Source: Felis catus (Eukaryota). From it: DNA of 64,000 nt. The notes under the pieces are model-generated. The model was not told where the DNA came from. It did no database searches and saw nothing but the letters and a program-made list of their open reading frames with translations. Shown piece by piece: positions 12,925 through 24,754 of the stretch; the stretch's first letter is position 1; each line of letters opens with the position of its first letter. The stretch spans positions 178,624,001 through 178,688,000 of the forward strand of contig NC_058368.1 in NCBI RefSeq assembly GCF_018350175.1, in the 5' to 3' direction. The position numbers were made by a program, and so were the translations under genes.

Positions 12925-13069
12925 GTGAGTACAGTGTGGGCTCGTCTCCCACCCTTATAGAAATTTCCAGAGCACCTTTGTAATAAGGAACTAACACAAT
13001 GCCAAAACGAGCAAGGCCTCTAACAAGATGCCAGTATCCCCGCTGGTGGCGGCAGGGGGAGGGCACATA

Positions 13070-13280
13070 AGATATGTTCTATGAAGGTCAGATAGTAAAT
13101 ATCTCCAACTTTGCCATCCACACGACCTCCAGCGCATCCACTCACCTCTGCTCTTGTAGCACAAAAAAAAAACATAGATGATATCGGAACAGTTGTGCTT
13201 GGCTGTGTGCCAATAAACCTTTATTTGCAAAAACAGACGGTGGGCCGGACTTGGCCCATGGACTGCAGTTCACAGATCAT
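13070..13280. mobile_element. MER58-like hAT-Charlie DNA transposon fragment
   Basis: Characteristic ggtcagatagtaaatat ... ggctgtgtgccaataaacctttattt ... gggccggacttggccc. Confidence 0.7.
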
Positions 13281-13379
13281 ACCGTTATTAACTATTATCA
13301 CCCCCACAGCAGGGCCTTCCCCCAACTCCCTCCCCTAAGCGGTCTACACTAAAGTAGCTTTACAATAGCTTGTATTATA

Positions 13380-13603
13380 GGGTCACCTGGATGGCTCGGT
13401 TAAGTGTCTGACTCTTGATTTTGGCTTAGGTCCTGATCTCACGGTTTGTGGGTCCGAGCCCCACATTGAGCTCTGCGTATCAGTGCAGAGCCTGCTTGGG
13501 ATCCTCTGTCTCCCTCTCTCTGCCCCTCCCCTGCTCACTCTCTCTCTCTCTTTCTCTGTCTCTCTCTCCCTCAGAATAAATAAACGTTAAGACATTTTTA
13601 AAA
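13380..13603 (+). mobile_element. Older Can-SINE
   Basis: SINE head with gactcttgattttggc variant, (CT)n, AATAAA tail; short TSD aatagctt. Confidence 0.85.
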
Positions 13604-15784
13604 AATAGCTTTTCTTATAGACTTAAGTCCCCACTGGTGAAACAGAAGGAAAGAGATTTCAGAATCAATTATTAGCCCGAAAAAGGCCTCAGGGAAGGTC
13701 CAAACCAATTGGGTTTTATGTTTGAGGGGTCACGGTGACCCCTTGGAGAGTCTGAGGAACTCTGGATGTCCTCTCCCCAGAACACTGCACCCACTGTCAC
13801 CGCATGAAGCTGGGCTCTGGCTAAGAATGCTATTATGGCCCATAGCCCACTGTGTTCATTCTACAGAGGGAGCGGCTGGGCCCAGTGGAGAACAGGACTT
13901 ATGTAGAGCCACACGGCTAATTACAGACAGGCCTGGGACTCAGGTGGCCTGACCCTCAGTCTAGTGGTCTTTCTGGTAAGCAGCTGCCTCAGTGCCTTCA
14001 GGAAGCAGATAAAACATTCCTTGTCCTGTTGGGAGTCTGGCAAAAGGAAGCACAGAATTTGACAAATGCTAGCTAAGTCTGTGCTTTCTACAAGAAGACA
14101 AAGGAATTGGACAGATTTATTTTGTACAAAAGGGAAAATAGACCAGAGATTCACCTAAACCGTTTACAGTTTTGCACAGAAGCTGCATCTTGGCCACTGC
14201 TTGCCATTTGGTCCCTTCTGGGTGGGAGCCCAGCCTGCGGCTAGTGTCCTTCACCCTCTCTGTGAACAGAGGCTTTCCATGAGTGCAGCCTCAACACTCA
14301 TGCGTTCCAATACATACTCAGGCCTGCACAGGGCATGGGGCGGGTGGGGTAGAGATAAAGAACCCACTTCTGTGAGCACTTCACAGCATAGATCACACAT
14401 ACACACAGCAGAATATGATTAGGATATGCACATTTAGGAGACAAATCATGGGGGAAACCCACTGTTCTCAAAGTGAGAGGAAAAGTCTGCTGTTGAGAAA
14501 GACCTCCAGGGTAAAGGCTGGTCCAAAGCAGGAGCAATGAGGCTGAGGTGTGCAGGCTGAGACAATCTAGGGATTCCTCTGTCAGTCAAGGGCAGTCGGT
14601 AGGGCCCGGATAGAGGTGGAGGCCACTGTTCCCAAGTTCTCTGACTCAGGGGTTCCATCCCCTGCTCTCGAGTTACAGGAACACAAAAGATGGCATGAAG
14701 ACTTTCTCAGAGTTCAGGAAGATACTCAACCTCACTTTTCCTTCCCATATTTTAAAAAAATATTCCTCGATCAAACATGAACACAGCAGTCTTTCAATAG
14801 AACAATGGAGACAGTCTTTCTTAAGTCGCTTAGCAAAGCTGTGAGGATTTCTAGGATATGGGTACACACCTTTCCTCATCAACATGCAACTTCCTGCTGC
14901 TTCTTTCCATGCTGCCCTTGACTTTAGAGAACTGCCCTGGGCTCGTTTATTACCCACCTGACTTTGGCATGAGAGTGATAAGGCATGTGTCGCTCGGCGG
15001 CTGATGGTGCCACCTCTGCTTGGGAAACCATTACGGTGACTGTCCGCTTTCACGAGCTACCTCAAAGGCAACCACTCAGTCCCCAGGGCTCACTCTCCCT
15101 GAGGCCCACAAAGAAGCACACATAAAATACAACAGAAAGTTTAAAATTTAGAAAGAGAGTCTCTTCCAAAAAAGCAGCTTTAAACTCGGTGTCAGATGTC
15201 ATGAATAATAGGCTGGTGTTTCCATACGTTCAGCTCTCAGCAAAGAGAATAGCACAGCCCTGACTCTCCCCTTTCAGACACGATTTAATCTGCCTTCTAA
15301 TTAACAGGCTTTGGTTATCTGGTTTCCCCATTAGCATGGCCTTCAACACTGCACTAGATTATAATGAGAAGAAATGTTTGGAGCACAGGCACACTAAGAC
15401 AGAACTGACAATTAACCAGCGGCATCACAAATGCTCCAGGCGTTTCGACTTCCTCTTGGTGATGCCTGGAATAAAAAACATGTTTACTCCACACAGAGCC
15501 AGCTTCTCTCACCCCTCTCTTCCAGTGTCCTCCTCATTTCTTTTGCTTCTGTCTCTTGCGCAAAAAGGTGCAGAGGAAAATACACTCGCCTCGTGGTCTA
15601 AGGGCCTTGACAGAGACCCCAAATCCACGATTTGCTAGCCCTATGATTTGTACGCCCAACCCCAGTGTCCTTACCTGTAAAATGGGAGTGACCGTCCTAG
15701 TACTGGCAGAGAGAGAGTCCATGCAGGCACATGGGTGTCACGGAGGCTGTACAAACTGGGCCGTCCCTGTCACTGTGTTGGTAG

Positions 15785-15986
15785 GAAGAAGATGACTATG
15801 AAAGCCCCAATGACGATCAGGAGGGGGAGGACGAGGGTGACTACGAGTCCCCCAACGAGGAGGAGGAAGGGGCGCCCGTGGAAGACGATGCGGATTATGA
15901 GCCACCGCCCTCCAATGATGAGGAGGCTCTGCAGAACTCCATCCTGCCTGCCAAGCCTTTCTCCAACTCCAACTCCATGTACATCG
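15785..15986 (+). CDS. LCP2: LCP2 exon 7, acidic region with phosphotyrosine motifs (DYESP x2, DYEPP, SMYI)
   Basis: gtag| ... |gtaagg; 202 nt; EEDDYESPNDDQEGEDEGDYESPNEEEEGAPVEDDADYEPPPSNDEEALQNSILPAKPFSNSNSMYI, equivalent to human Y113/Y128/Y145/Y173 motifs. Confidence 0.97.
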
Positions 15987-16167
15987 GTAAGGCCCTGGCA
16001 GCCCGCCCCGCCCGCGCAGCTCAAAAGTGCCCGCAACGCCAGCTCGGCTCCTTACCGGCTGTGTGGCTTCGGGCAAGTGACTCCACCTCTCTGGGCCTCA
16101 ATTTCCTCATCTGTGAAATAGGAGAATAACCATACACAGACTCCAGAGCTTTGCTGTCAGGATTTTA

Positions 16168-16251
16168 TTATTTTTTTTTAATATGAAATCTATTGCCAAA
16201 TTGGTTTCCATACAACACCCAGTGCTCATCCCAAAAGGTGCCCTCCTCAAT
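16168..16251 (-). mobile_element. Extremely 5'-truncated L1_Fc 3' terminus
   Basis: Reverse complement gaggagggcaccttttgggatgagcactgggtgttgtatggaaaccaattt..tttcatatt+polyA; TSD gatttta at 16161-16167 and 16252-16258. Confidence 0.8.
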
Positions 16252-17582
16252 GATTTTAAATATTACAGACAAATTGTTGCCTGTGGGGGCTGATACGGGC
16301 ACTGAACTGCCACCGAAAGGTATTTGGCAGTAACAATTCATTTTGTGTACTACTTAGGTACTCAAGAACGCCTCCCCGTTGCCCATCTTTTGAGCAACTC
16401 CTAGATACACGGCACTTCCATCCACAAACCGCTACAGTAAACAGAACGATACTGAGGGGGCTGGATCCTGACTCAAAAATTTTTGAACAGGATTTAAGAT
16501 TTTTCTTGTCGGTCTGTTCCTATCAGCCTGTTTCTCCCTCATTCATTCATTTTTCCATTCAACAAAAATTACTGATCTCCTATTGCGAGCCAGCCATCAT
16601 TCTAAATGCTGACATTTGAAATCGTCAGGAAAGAAGACTAGAGCTCTTACCTCATGGGGCTTACACTCCAGGCGCAGTGGTGACAGAAAATAAGTCTGCG
16701 CCCTCTTGCAGAGCCGAGGCTCAAAGAGTCAGCTAGAAAGTTGATGACCTGTGTCACAAAAAGATTGGTACCTCTTATCCGTTATGCCATACAACACTTT
16801 CGCCATTCTCAAGCCCTCTCCAAACACTTTGTCATTTCATTTTGTGTTTTGGAGCACACTGTGTGATCTGGGGAAAAATTATCAAGCCTGTTTCATATAC
16901 AGGGAAACTGAGGCCCAGAGAAGAAATGGATAATTAAGTTGTTGAGTGCCTCGTATGTGCTGGTAATGGAGACACAGAGTGAAGAAGACAGTCCTCACCC
17001 AAAAGAACTCACCGTCCGGTGGGTGAGGTAACATCAAACAAATGGGGCACAAATGACTTAATTAAACCACGATATGATATATACGCAGGGAGGCAAGTGC
17101 GGGAGATAAGGCTGGGGCACATGCCTCGTCTGGGCTTGCTGCCCTTAGGGTATGGGATTTAAGCTGAAATTTAGCAGCTGAATGGAGTGGGGGTGGATAG
17201 GAGAAGTGAGGGTGGATATTTTCAACAGTAGGAACAGCCTTGCAGAGGCTCTGAGCTGGAAGGAGCCATGTCAGAGGAGTGAGAGCTGGCCAGCGAGTGT
17301 AGAGGCGTGAGGTTAGACCAGGCATGTCCTAGTTCGGAGCCCCACTCTCTGTGGAAGAGCAATACCTCTCCAAGGCTGGGACTGTGGTGTGGCAACGGAG
17401 GCCCCGGGGGGCACAAAGTGTAAGGAGGCCCTCAGTTACAGTCCTGGCCTGGCCTTTCCTCTGCCAAAAGGGAGGGACATAGCCAGCCTATCAACTGGGC
17501 CCTGGGATACTTCAGTGGGATCCGAATACTGTGAGCTTCTGTCCAGAGCAAGTCCAAGTAGCCAGTCCAGAGTCTGAGATTA

Positions 17583-17703
17583 GGGGGCACCTGGCTGGCT
17601 CAGTCGGTGGTGCCTGTGATTTCTGATCTCGGGTTATAAATTGGAGCCCCACGTTGAGTGTAGAGATTAATTAAAAATAAAATCTTACCAAAAAAAAAAA
17701 AAA
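17583..17703 (+). mobile_element. Short old Can-SINE lacking the CT tract
   Basis: gggggcacctggctggctcagtcgg head, polyA, TSD agagtctg. Confidence 0.8.
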
Positions 17704-17874
17704 AGAGTCTGTGATTCCGTAAAAGGAGTTGGTGACCGGCCCCTCCCTTTAAGGGAAGAGATGAGCAAAAGGAGGAAGTGACAGGGGAGGTCAGCCCAGA
17801 GCATTTGTGAGGGGAAGGAGGGGACCCACAATCCCCATGAACCATGAGAGCCCACTTAACCCTGTCCTGGAGGC

Positions 17875-18339
17875 TGTGTGTGTGTGTGTGTGTATGTGTG
17901 TGTGTGAGTGACCCAGGCAGGCCGTCGTTGGCACTGGTGGGGGACTGCGGGATGGGGCGCCCCTGGGTGTGTGTGTGTGTGTGTGTGTGTGTTCGCGCGC
18001 ATGTGTGTGAGAGTGACCCAGGCAGGCCGGCGTTGGCACTGGTGGGGGTCTGCAGGATGGGGCGCCCCTGGGTGTGTGTGTGTGTGTGTGTGTGTGTTCG
18101 CACGCGTGTGTGTGAGAGTGACCCAGGCAGGCCGGCGTTGGCACTGGTGGGGGTCTGCAGGATGGGGCGCCCCTGGGTGTGTGTGTGTGTGTGTGTGTGT
18201 GTGAGTGACCCAGGCAGGCTGGTGTTGATACTGGTGGGGGTCTGCGGGATGGGGCGCCCCTGGATGTGTGTGCGTGTGTGTGTGTGAGTGACCCAGGCAG
18301 GCCGGTGTTGGCACTGGTGAGGGTCTGCGGGATGGGGCC
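17875..18339. repeat. Composite minisatellite: five ~60-bp GC-rich cores separated by (TG)n
   Basis: Core gagtgacccaggcaggccggcgttggcactggtgggggtctgcaggatggggcgcccctggg starts at 17906, 18011, 18116, 18203, 18286. Confidence 0.95.
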
Positions 18340-18461
18340 TCCAGAGCCCACAGGCGCTCAGAGCCGGGCGCAGGGTCAGCTGCTCCGGGACAATCCACAC
18401 TTATCTCAGTGTGGCATTTCCGCTCTCATCTCACTGCCCTACTGCCCTTGCCTTTCCGCAG

Positions 18462-18559
18462 ACCGGCCCCCCTCCAGCAAAGTCCCGCAGCAGCCGCCAG
18501 TGCCCCCGCAGAGACCAATGGCCGTGCTCCCTCCTCCGCCTGCAGGCCGGAGCCACGCG
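18462..18559 (+). CDS. LCP2: LCP2 exon 8 (DRPPSSKVPQQPPVPPQRPMAVLPPPPAGRSHA; P1/PLCg1-SH3-binding region)
   Basis: cgcag| ... |gtaggc; 98 nt; QPPVPPQRP motif. Confidence 0.96.
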
Positions 18560-18937
18560 GTAGGCCTCCTCGCTTTCTTCCCTGGTGCTGTGTCCACTCT
18601 GATCCCTCCTTTGCCAGAAAGAAGGGAAGAGTATACGTATCTTCACCCAGTGCTGACCAGTATGAGAGGGTTATATATAGGCGGGGAACATGCAAACCCC
18701 AGCACTCACAGAGATTTTCATTCTCGTCACAGTGCATATCATCGGCATTTTCTTTTTACCACCAACAATTTAAACTACTTGTATAAAAAAAGGTCTCCTT
18801 CTACTATTCATTGTGCTATTATTTCCTACCTTTGAAATAAACATAAACTGTGAAATAAACTCTGAAGGACCTAGGCTAAGTCTACGGCCCCTACTGCTAT
18901 TGCCTGGGTCCCTGGCTCCATCTCTCGCCTGCGAGAC

Positions 18938-18956
18938 GTGCGCCACCTGCTGGCAG
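18938..18956 (-). promoter_or_regulatory. Candidate CTCF site
   Basis: Minus strand CTGCCAGCAGGTGGCGCAC, close match to core CCAGCAG(G/A)(G/T)GGCGC. Confidence 0.6.
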
Positions 18957-19379
18957 AAGGCGGAAATTCCACCGGTTTACAATGCAGTGAACCCAGGAGT
19001 AAAGAGAGAGGCAGCAAACCCCCTTTCCTCTTTCTTCAAGCTTACAGTCCCAGGTCCTGTAGGTCCAATTAAGAGACACCCAGAGAATTTCAGGCTAATG
19101 TGTCAATATCTGGAAATGTGTTCTCTTCATAAGGGATCTGAGCACTTTAACAGCGGTGGCAAATGTCAAAGTGTCAGGGCTAGTAGGAGGAAGACAATGT
19201 ATTTCTCCAAAAGCTCAAAAGGCAGACCACACCACCTTTGGGACCTTTCATCCAAGCATAGATGGCTTCTTCTTGCTCGTGCAGTTTTCTTGCAAAGGGG
19301 GCTCAGAGCTACATTGATCTACAAATGCATTTTGCTTTGAAATCTGAAGGCATCCACCTTCACTATTGGGATGAAGAAT

Positions 19380-19950
19380 TCACTCATTCAGTCAAAAGAT
19401 TAGCCGCTAGTCTCTGCCAGGCAGTGTTCTAGCTGCTGGGAATAGAGCATGAACAAGGCAAATAAGGTCCCTGCTTTTAGAAAGGTTCAATTCTGGTAGG
19501 GGGAGGCAGATACTAAACAAGTAAACAGATGTATATGCAAGACAATTTGAGTAGTAACGTGTGGTTAGGGGAGACAGAAAACCCAATAACTTGATGATGG
19601 GTGGGGAGGTAACACTGAGCTGGACAGAATGAGCCGGTGGCAACAGGAGCTGGGGAAAGAGAATTCTAGGCAGAGGAAAACACAAATACCAAGATGAGAA
19701 AGAGGGCATGAGCTTGAGATTTTGCAGGAACTACAAGAAGACGTTTAGAGTGGGAGCCCAGTGTGCACCGGAGAGAGGAGTCTAAGAGGGTTGGAAGTGA
19801 GGGGACACTGCCAGTTGCTACTGTGTTCCCAGTATGATAGGGGCCACTCGAGAGCTTGGCAGGGGAGTGACATGCTCAGTACCCCAGATGGAAGAGTGTG
19901 GGATGGAGAGCTCAGGTAACAGGCTACTATCCAGGTGAGAAACGGAGATA
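19380..19950. mobile_element. Ancient L2 fragment
   Basis: cattcagtc..tgccaggcagtgttctag..aaggtccctgct..ttctggtagggggaggcaga pattern typical of L2 3' region. Confidence 0.55.
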
Positions 19951-20049
19951 AAGAAAGTGAGCAGAGTGAGATTTGGGGGGTAAGACCACCAGGACTTGTG
20001 GATGTGTCGTCATGAGATACTGCCTAACATGTGGCTCTTTTTTAAACAG

Positions 20050-20116
20050 CCACTCCCCCCACCCCAGCCCAACCACGAAGAGCCTAGCAGAAGTAGAAAC
20101 CATAAACCAGCAAAGC
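20050..20116 (+). CDS. LCP2: LCP2 exon 9 (PLPPPQPNHEEPSRSRNHKPAK)
   Basis: aacag| ... |gtaagt; 67 nt. Confidence 0.95.
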
Positions 20117-20221
20117 GTAAGTATGGGGGCCTTTCCTCTCTTGCCCACCAGAGTACCCGTTCCCTCACCCCCAGCCAACTGCCTTCTTCTTTTAATTGAC
20201 TTCAGTCTTTTTCCCTTCCAG

Positions 20222-20305
20222 TCCCTGCTCCTTCCATAGACAGAAGCACGAAACCTCCCCTCGATCGTTCGTTAGCCCCATTTGACAGAGAGCCCTTCAC
20301 ACTAG
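20222..20305 (+). CDS. LCP2: LCP2 exon 10 (LPAPSIDRSTKPPLDRSLAPFDREPFTL; GADS SH3-binding RxxK)
   Basis: tccag| ... |gttggt; 84 nt, phase 1-1; PSIDRSTKP motif. Confidence 0.96.
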
Positions 20306-21639
20306 GTTGGTATCACTCTATTCGATGCGTTGTAACAGAGGCCAATATGTATAGAGTGCTTACAGTGTGATTTACACATGTCTGCCCGCAATCATAAGGG
20401 TACTGTAAAGCGGGACTATTAGAATCGTCCTGATTTCACAGATGGGGCAACTGAGGCACAAAGAGTTAACTTTCCCAAATCACTCACCCACCAAGTGATG
20501 GGGGTAGAGACCCAAGTGGAGATCAGACTGACTGCAGAGCTCCTGCTGTCAGCCCTGTGCTAGGCCTGCTTCTTCATGGGTGTGATGTGTACACATATCT
20601 CATTGTCCTCCTGACAGATGGTGCAGTGGGCTTCGTAGCGCAGGGGGAGGAACTGGGCAGAGACAGGAGGTCCGGGAGAGCTGTTGTCAGCTGCCTTGGC
20701 TGCTACCTAGCAGCTTAGTGACCACAGGGACCGTAGGTTTTCAGAGTTGTCCCCTTCTTTGTCAGGAGGCTGTTCTGTAAGGAGGAACTGCTTTATAAAA
20801 CTCTAAGGTGCTATTCAAACATAAGGATTATTTATTGTTGTACACGTGCAATTGATCCAACTGTGGGTATCCGACAGTCCTTTTCCTCCAGAATTGACCT
20901 AGAGTGTTCTTGGATCACAGCTACCTCTAAATAAAGCTATTTTCAATTCAATTCTAAAACTTAGCTACCATTTATTGAGCACCTACTATGGGCCAAGTGT
21001 TTTACCTACCCAAAATAATTTACCTACATTATCCTCACACCAACCCAACAAAGGAGGTGTATTATGACCCCCGCTTTGTAGATGATGAGAGGTTGAATAA
21101 TTTTTCCAAATTTACATAACTAGGTTCAGGATTTGAACTTACGTCTTTCTGACTTCAATGCAGGGTGCTCTTTTCTACCGCATCCTGCTGTAGTTGGAGA
21201 CCCTGGATTTCCCTTGATATGGGTAGGGGGTCCTGGGGAAGGAGCTACAAGGACAAGGAGGGACAAGGAGCCCCAAATCCCAGCCCCACTCAACCTTCCT
21301 GACCTGCACTCTGAGCAAGGCATTTAGGCTTTTGTAACCTAAGGTTCCTCTCTGTCCGCAAATGAATTTCAGTTCTTGGATATGAGGCTCCTGCTTGCTG
21401 CTTTTCCCTGAACTGCACCACAGCTCTGATGACTCATGCGAAACTGTGTGGGTTACTTGAGTTTACAGCGGTCTGCTGCACAGGGCTATTCAAATTATGT
21501 GAAAAGGAAGAGAGATTCAACTTCAGTCTCTAGGTGTGCTTAAGACCGTTAAGTCAAAGCGTCAGGAGAGTGGAATACTGACATCAAATCCTTCAGAGTC
21601 ACCTCCTGAACAAAGGTTATCTTTTAAAAAGATTCTTTT

Positions 21640-22094
21640 TTTTAAATTAAAAAAAAAAATCTTTATTTATTGGGGCACCTGGGTGGCTCAGTCGGTTGAG
21701 CATCCGACTTCGGCTCAGGTCATGATCTTGTAGTCTGTGAATTTGAGCCCTGCATTGGGCTCTGTGCTGACAGCTCAGAGCCTGGAGCCTGTTTCGGATT
21801 CTGTGTCTCCCCCTCTCTCTGCCCTTCCACCATTCATGCTCTGTCTCTCTCTGTCTCAAAAATAAACGTTAAAAAAAAATTTTTTTTTAAATCTTTATTT
21901 TTGAGAGAGAGAGACAGAGACAGAGTGCAAGCAGGGGAGGAACAGAGAGGGAGAGGGAGACACAGAATCTAAAGCATGCTCCAGGATCTGAACTGTCAGC
22001 ACAGAGCCTGATGCGGGGCTCAAACTCTCGAACCAAGAGGTCATGACCTGAGCCAAAGTCAGATGCTTAACAGACTAAGCTACCCAGGCGCCCC
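21640..22094. mobile_element. Nested inverted Can-SINEs: + copy (21672-21888) inserted in the tail of a - copy
   Basis: Inner TSD aaatctttattt (about 21657-21668 / 21889-21900); outer TSD ttaaaaag(a/g)ttctttt (about 21624 / 22095). Confidence 0.88.
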
Positions 22095-23129
22095 TTAAAA
22101 AGGTTCTTTTAAAAAAAATTAAATACACCCTTTCTTGACCATACCTACTCTTGAATTATTTCCTTGTTCATGATGTTTTGAGAGAACTAACCTCTTACAG
22201 TGCTCTGAGTCTTAACAGACTCAGAGACTCTTAACAGAGACAGTGCCCAGAGAATCTGTACAAATCAGAAGATATTTTTTTTAAAAAAGAAAATCTACTT
22301 AAGCCTAAAAATATAAATATAGGTTTTCTGGGTAACCCTGTAAAGTTGAGTTTTCATCCTAAGGCAAAGTTTCATGAATAATACACATTTCTTATACCAC
22401 CAAAACAGCCTACCCCTGGGCAGTGAGTTCCTCATAGTAGGACAAGATTCTTAAGACTTCTTCATGGCTTGGGCTGTACCTCAAGTTGTGAAAATCATAT
22501 CATCATTCACCATAGGGTGTTAACTGTGCAGAGGTATAGGAGGGAGGGAAAGAAAGAACTATCTAGCAGTTGTCAGCACCCATGTGTCATGTGCCTGACC
22601 CTGCATATAAATTGTCACCCGCTCCTAACAACAAACCTATACATTTTAGATCTATAATCCTGATTTTACAGATGAGGAAATTGAGACTCAAGACCTTAAG
22701 TAACTTGTTCAAGGCATACAGAATTTGCTGGTAGACCTGGTTGAATACAGTTAAATGGTACTTTTATTGCACTGAAGACATAGGACATAATCTACTCGAA
22801 GGGATTTCAGACAGAAAAAAATAAATTGCTTTGAATAACTTTGCAATGCAGAGTTCTCAGATTCACCTAGAATTTCTTCAGCCTGCATGCCATCTTTTCC
22901 AAGAGAAAAGTAAAAGGAAGAAAGAAACAAAACCCAACAAAATTAAAACAAAATGATTTGCACTCTACCAGGAGACTCTCCTGAAATGCTCTTCTCCAAA
23001 CTAAGCGTTTTTCCAGAAAGTAAGTGTAATACTTTATATAATGTCAAGTGTACCACAGGATTGGAGGAGAATTAACCCCTCCATGTCAAATAGGTTTATT
23101 TCAGATACAGACATAAACATAGGCTATAC

Positions 23130-23161
<32 letters not shown>

Positions 23162-23465
23162 AACAAAAAAAACAAAAAACCATTTAGTCAGTGAAAGAAG
23201 CATAAAATCCCCAAGAGACATTAATCCTTCTTATCATCGGTTACACAAAATAAAATGTTGAAAAGAATCACAGAATCCAAAATACTGTTTGTATGTACAC
23301 AACTCTGTGTGATCTTGGGCAAGTCCCTTAATTTCTCTGAGCCTGTAAAATTAGCTGTTCTATATCGGGATCTTCCAGGTTGTAAGTCTACGATTCTTCA
23401 ATGCTTAAACCCAATCAACCCCCTCAGGCGCTCGGATTTATGGTTTCAGCAAACTGTGTTTTAAT

Positions 23466-23662
23466 GTTTATTTCTGAGAGAGAGAGATAGCGTGAGTGAG
23501 GGAGGGGCAGAGAGAGGGAGACAGAGAATCTGAAGCAGGCTCCGTGCTGTCAGTGCAGAGCCCAATGTGGGGCTCAAAGCCACACACAGTGAGACCACGG
23601 CCTGAGCTGAAGTTGGACGCTCAACTGAATGAGCCATCCCAGAGCCCCCGCCCCCGCCGCCC
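23466..23662 (-). mobile_element. Can-SINE with GC-rich 5' extension
   Basis: TSD aaact(g/a)tgttttaat at 23451-23465 and 23663-23677. Confidence 0.85.
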
Positions 23663-23733
23663 AAACTATGTTTTAATACTTCATGCTTAGCTGATAAAGT
23701 ATTCAAGGCCTGCCTGCTATTTGTTACTTACAG

Positions 23734-23759
23734 GAAAGAAGCCGGCGTTTCCTGACAAG
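23734..23759 (+). CDS. LCP2: LCP2 exon 11 (GKKPAFPDK), 26-nt mini-exon
   Basis: tacag| ... |gtaagc; frame continuous. Confidence 0.92.
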
Positions 23760-23873
23760 GTAAGCTGTTTCCCTATTTTGTTTTGTTTGTCTTCATTTTT
23801 GTCTTATTTTGTATCTTGTCTTTGTTCTGAGAAGTGCTGAGGACACTCACATGTCTTCCCTCCTGTTTTACAG

Positions 23874-23893
23874 CCCTCGGCTCCAGTGGGAAG
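23874..23893 (+). CDS. LCP2: LCP2 exon 12 (PSAPVGR), 20-nt micro-exon
   Basis: tacag| ... |gtaagg; required to keep frame into exon 13. Confidence 0.92.
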
Positions 23894-23989
23894 GTAAGGT
23901 GCCTTGTTGCATCCATGTGAGGGTACACGGTATGTGCTGTAGAAACAGTTCAGTTTCTTACCCACACCTCCTTTCTCTCAACTCTGCAG

Positions 23990-24097
23990 GCCTCTCGGGG
24001 AGCACTTACCCAAGATGCAAAAGCCTCCTTTACCGCCAGCCACCGAAAGGCATGACAGAAGTAGCCCCCTGCCAGGGAAGAAGCCACCTGTGCCAAG
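23990..24097 (+). CDS. LCP2: LCP2 exon 13 (PLGEHLPKMQKPPLPPATERHDRSSPLPGKKPPVPR)
   Basis: tgcag| ... |gtactt; 108 nt. Confidence 0.95.
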
Positions 24098-24754
24098 GTA
24101 CTTGTCTTCTGTTGCTTGAGTTTGTCGTTCAGACTGGTGATGCCAGTAATTTGCCTGGTATTAGCCTATAACGGAACTGGACATCACAGGTGTTCCTGGC
24201 GAGGAGGGGACTGTTGGCTGCTATGGCTTGAGGCATTCTGGCTTTTCAGGTTGGATGTAAAGTTCCGGGTCCCTCTGAAGACAAATGATAGTGATCTAGC
24301 AAAGAAAGGAGTGGAGAGATGGTCCATCAGGAGGACGGGAATGACTGCTGTCTGTGGAGAACTTCTCCTCAACCAGCCGAAACCATGCTCGTGTTTTCCT
24401 TCCATCTCAGTATGTGGGAACTGAACCTTCCACTTTATTTTTCCAGACAGTAGCAAACAGGAAATAATTGGGAGAAGTTTTTAAGTCACTGTGTCTTCCC
24501 CACTGTTCAACCACATTTTATAATGTTAGAATACTGAAGTCAGCTCTAATGTTTCTAAATTTACTATAAAGTCTTTTGGGACCTATGTACCAAATGGCAT
24601 AAATGTATCTGGGGTCAGGCCTAACCTTACCACTTACCAAGGGCATAGCCAAGGCTTCTGTTTTTCCCATCAGGATTCAAACTTGGTGTTGCTTGGCTAG
24701 TGTGATGATTAAATCAGAGTCAGGGCTAGAGGGTAGTAAAAAAAAAAAAGCCTC

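Noticed and set aside
17875..18339. Repeat-spacer array superficially resembling CRISPR; long ORFs (up to 266 aa) across it
   Set aside because: Spacers are (TG)n microsatellite, the context is a mammalian intron and there are no cas genes; the ORFs are repeat translation (THTH/VCVC).
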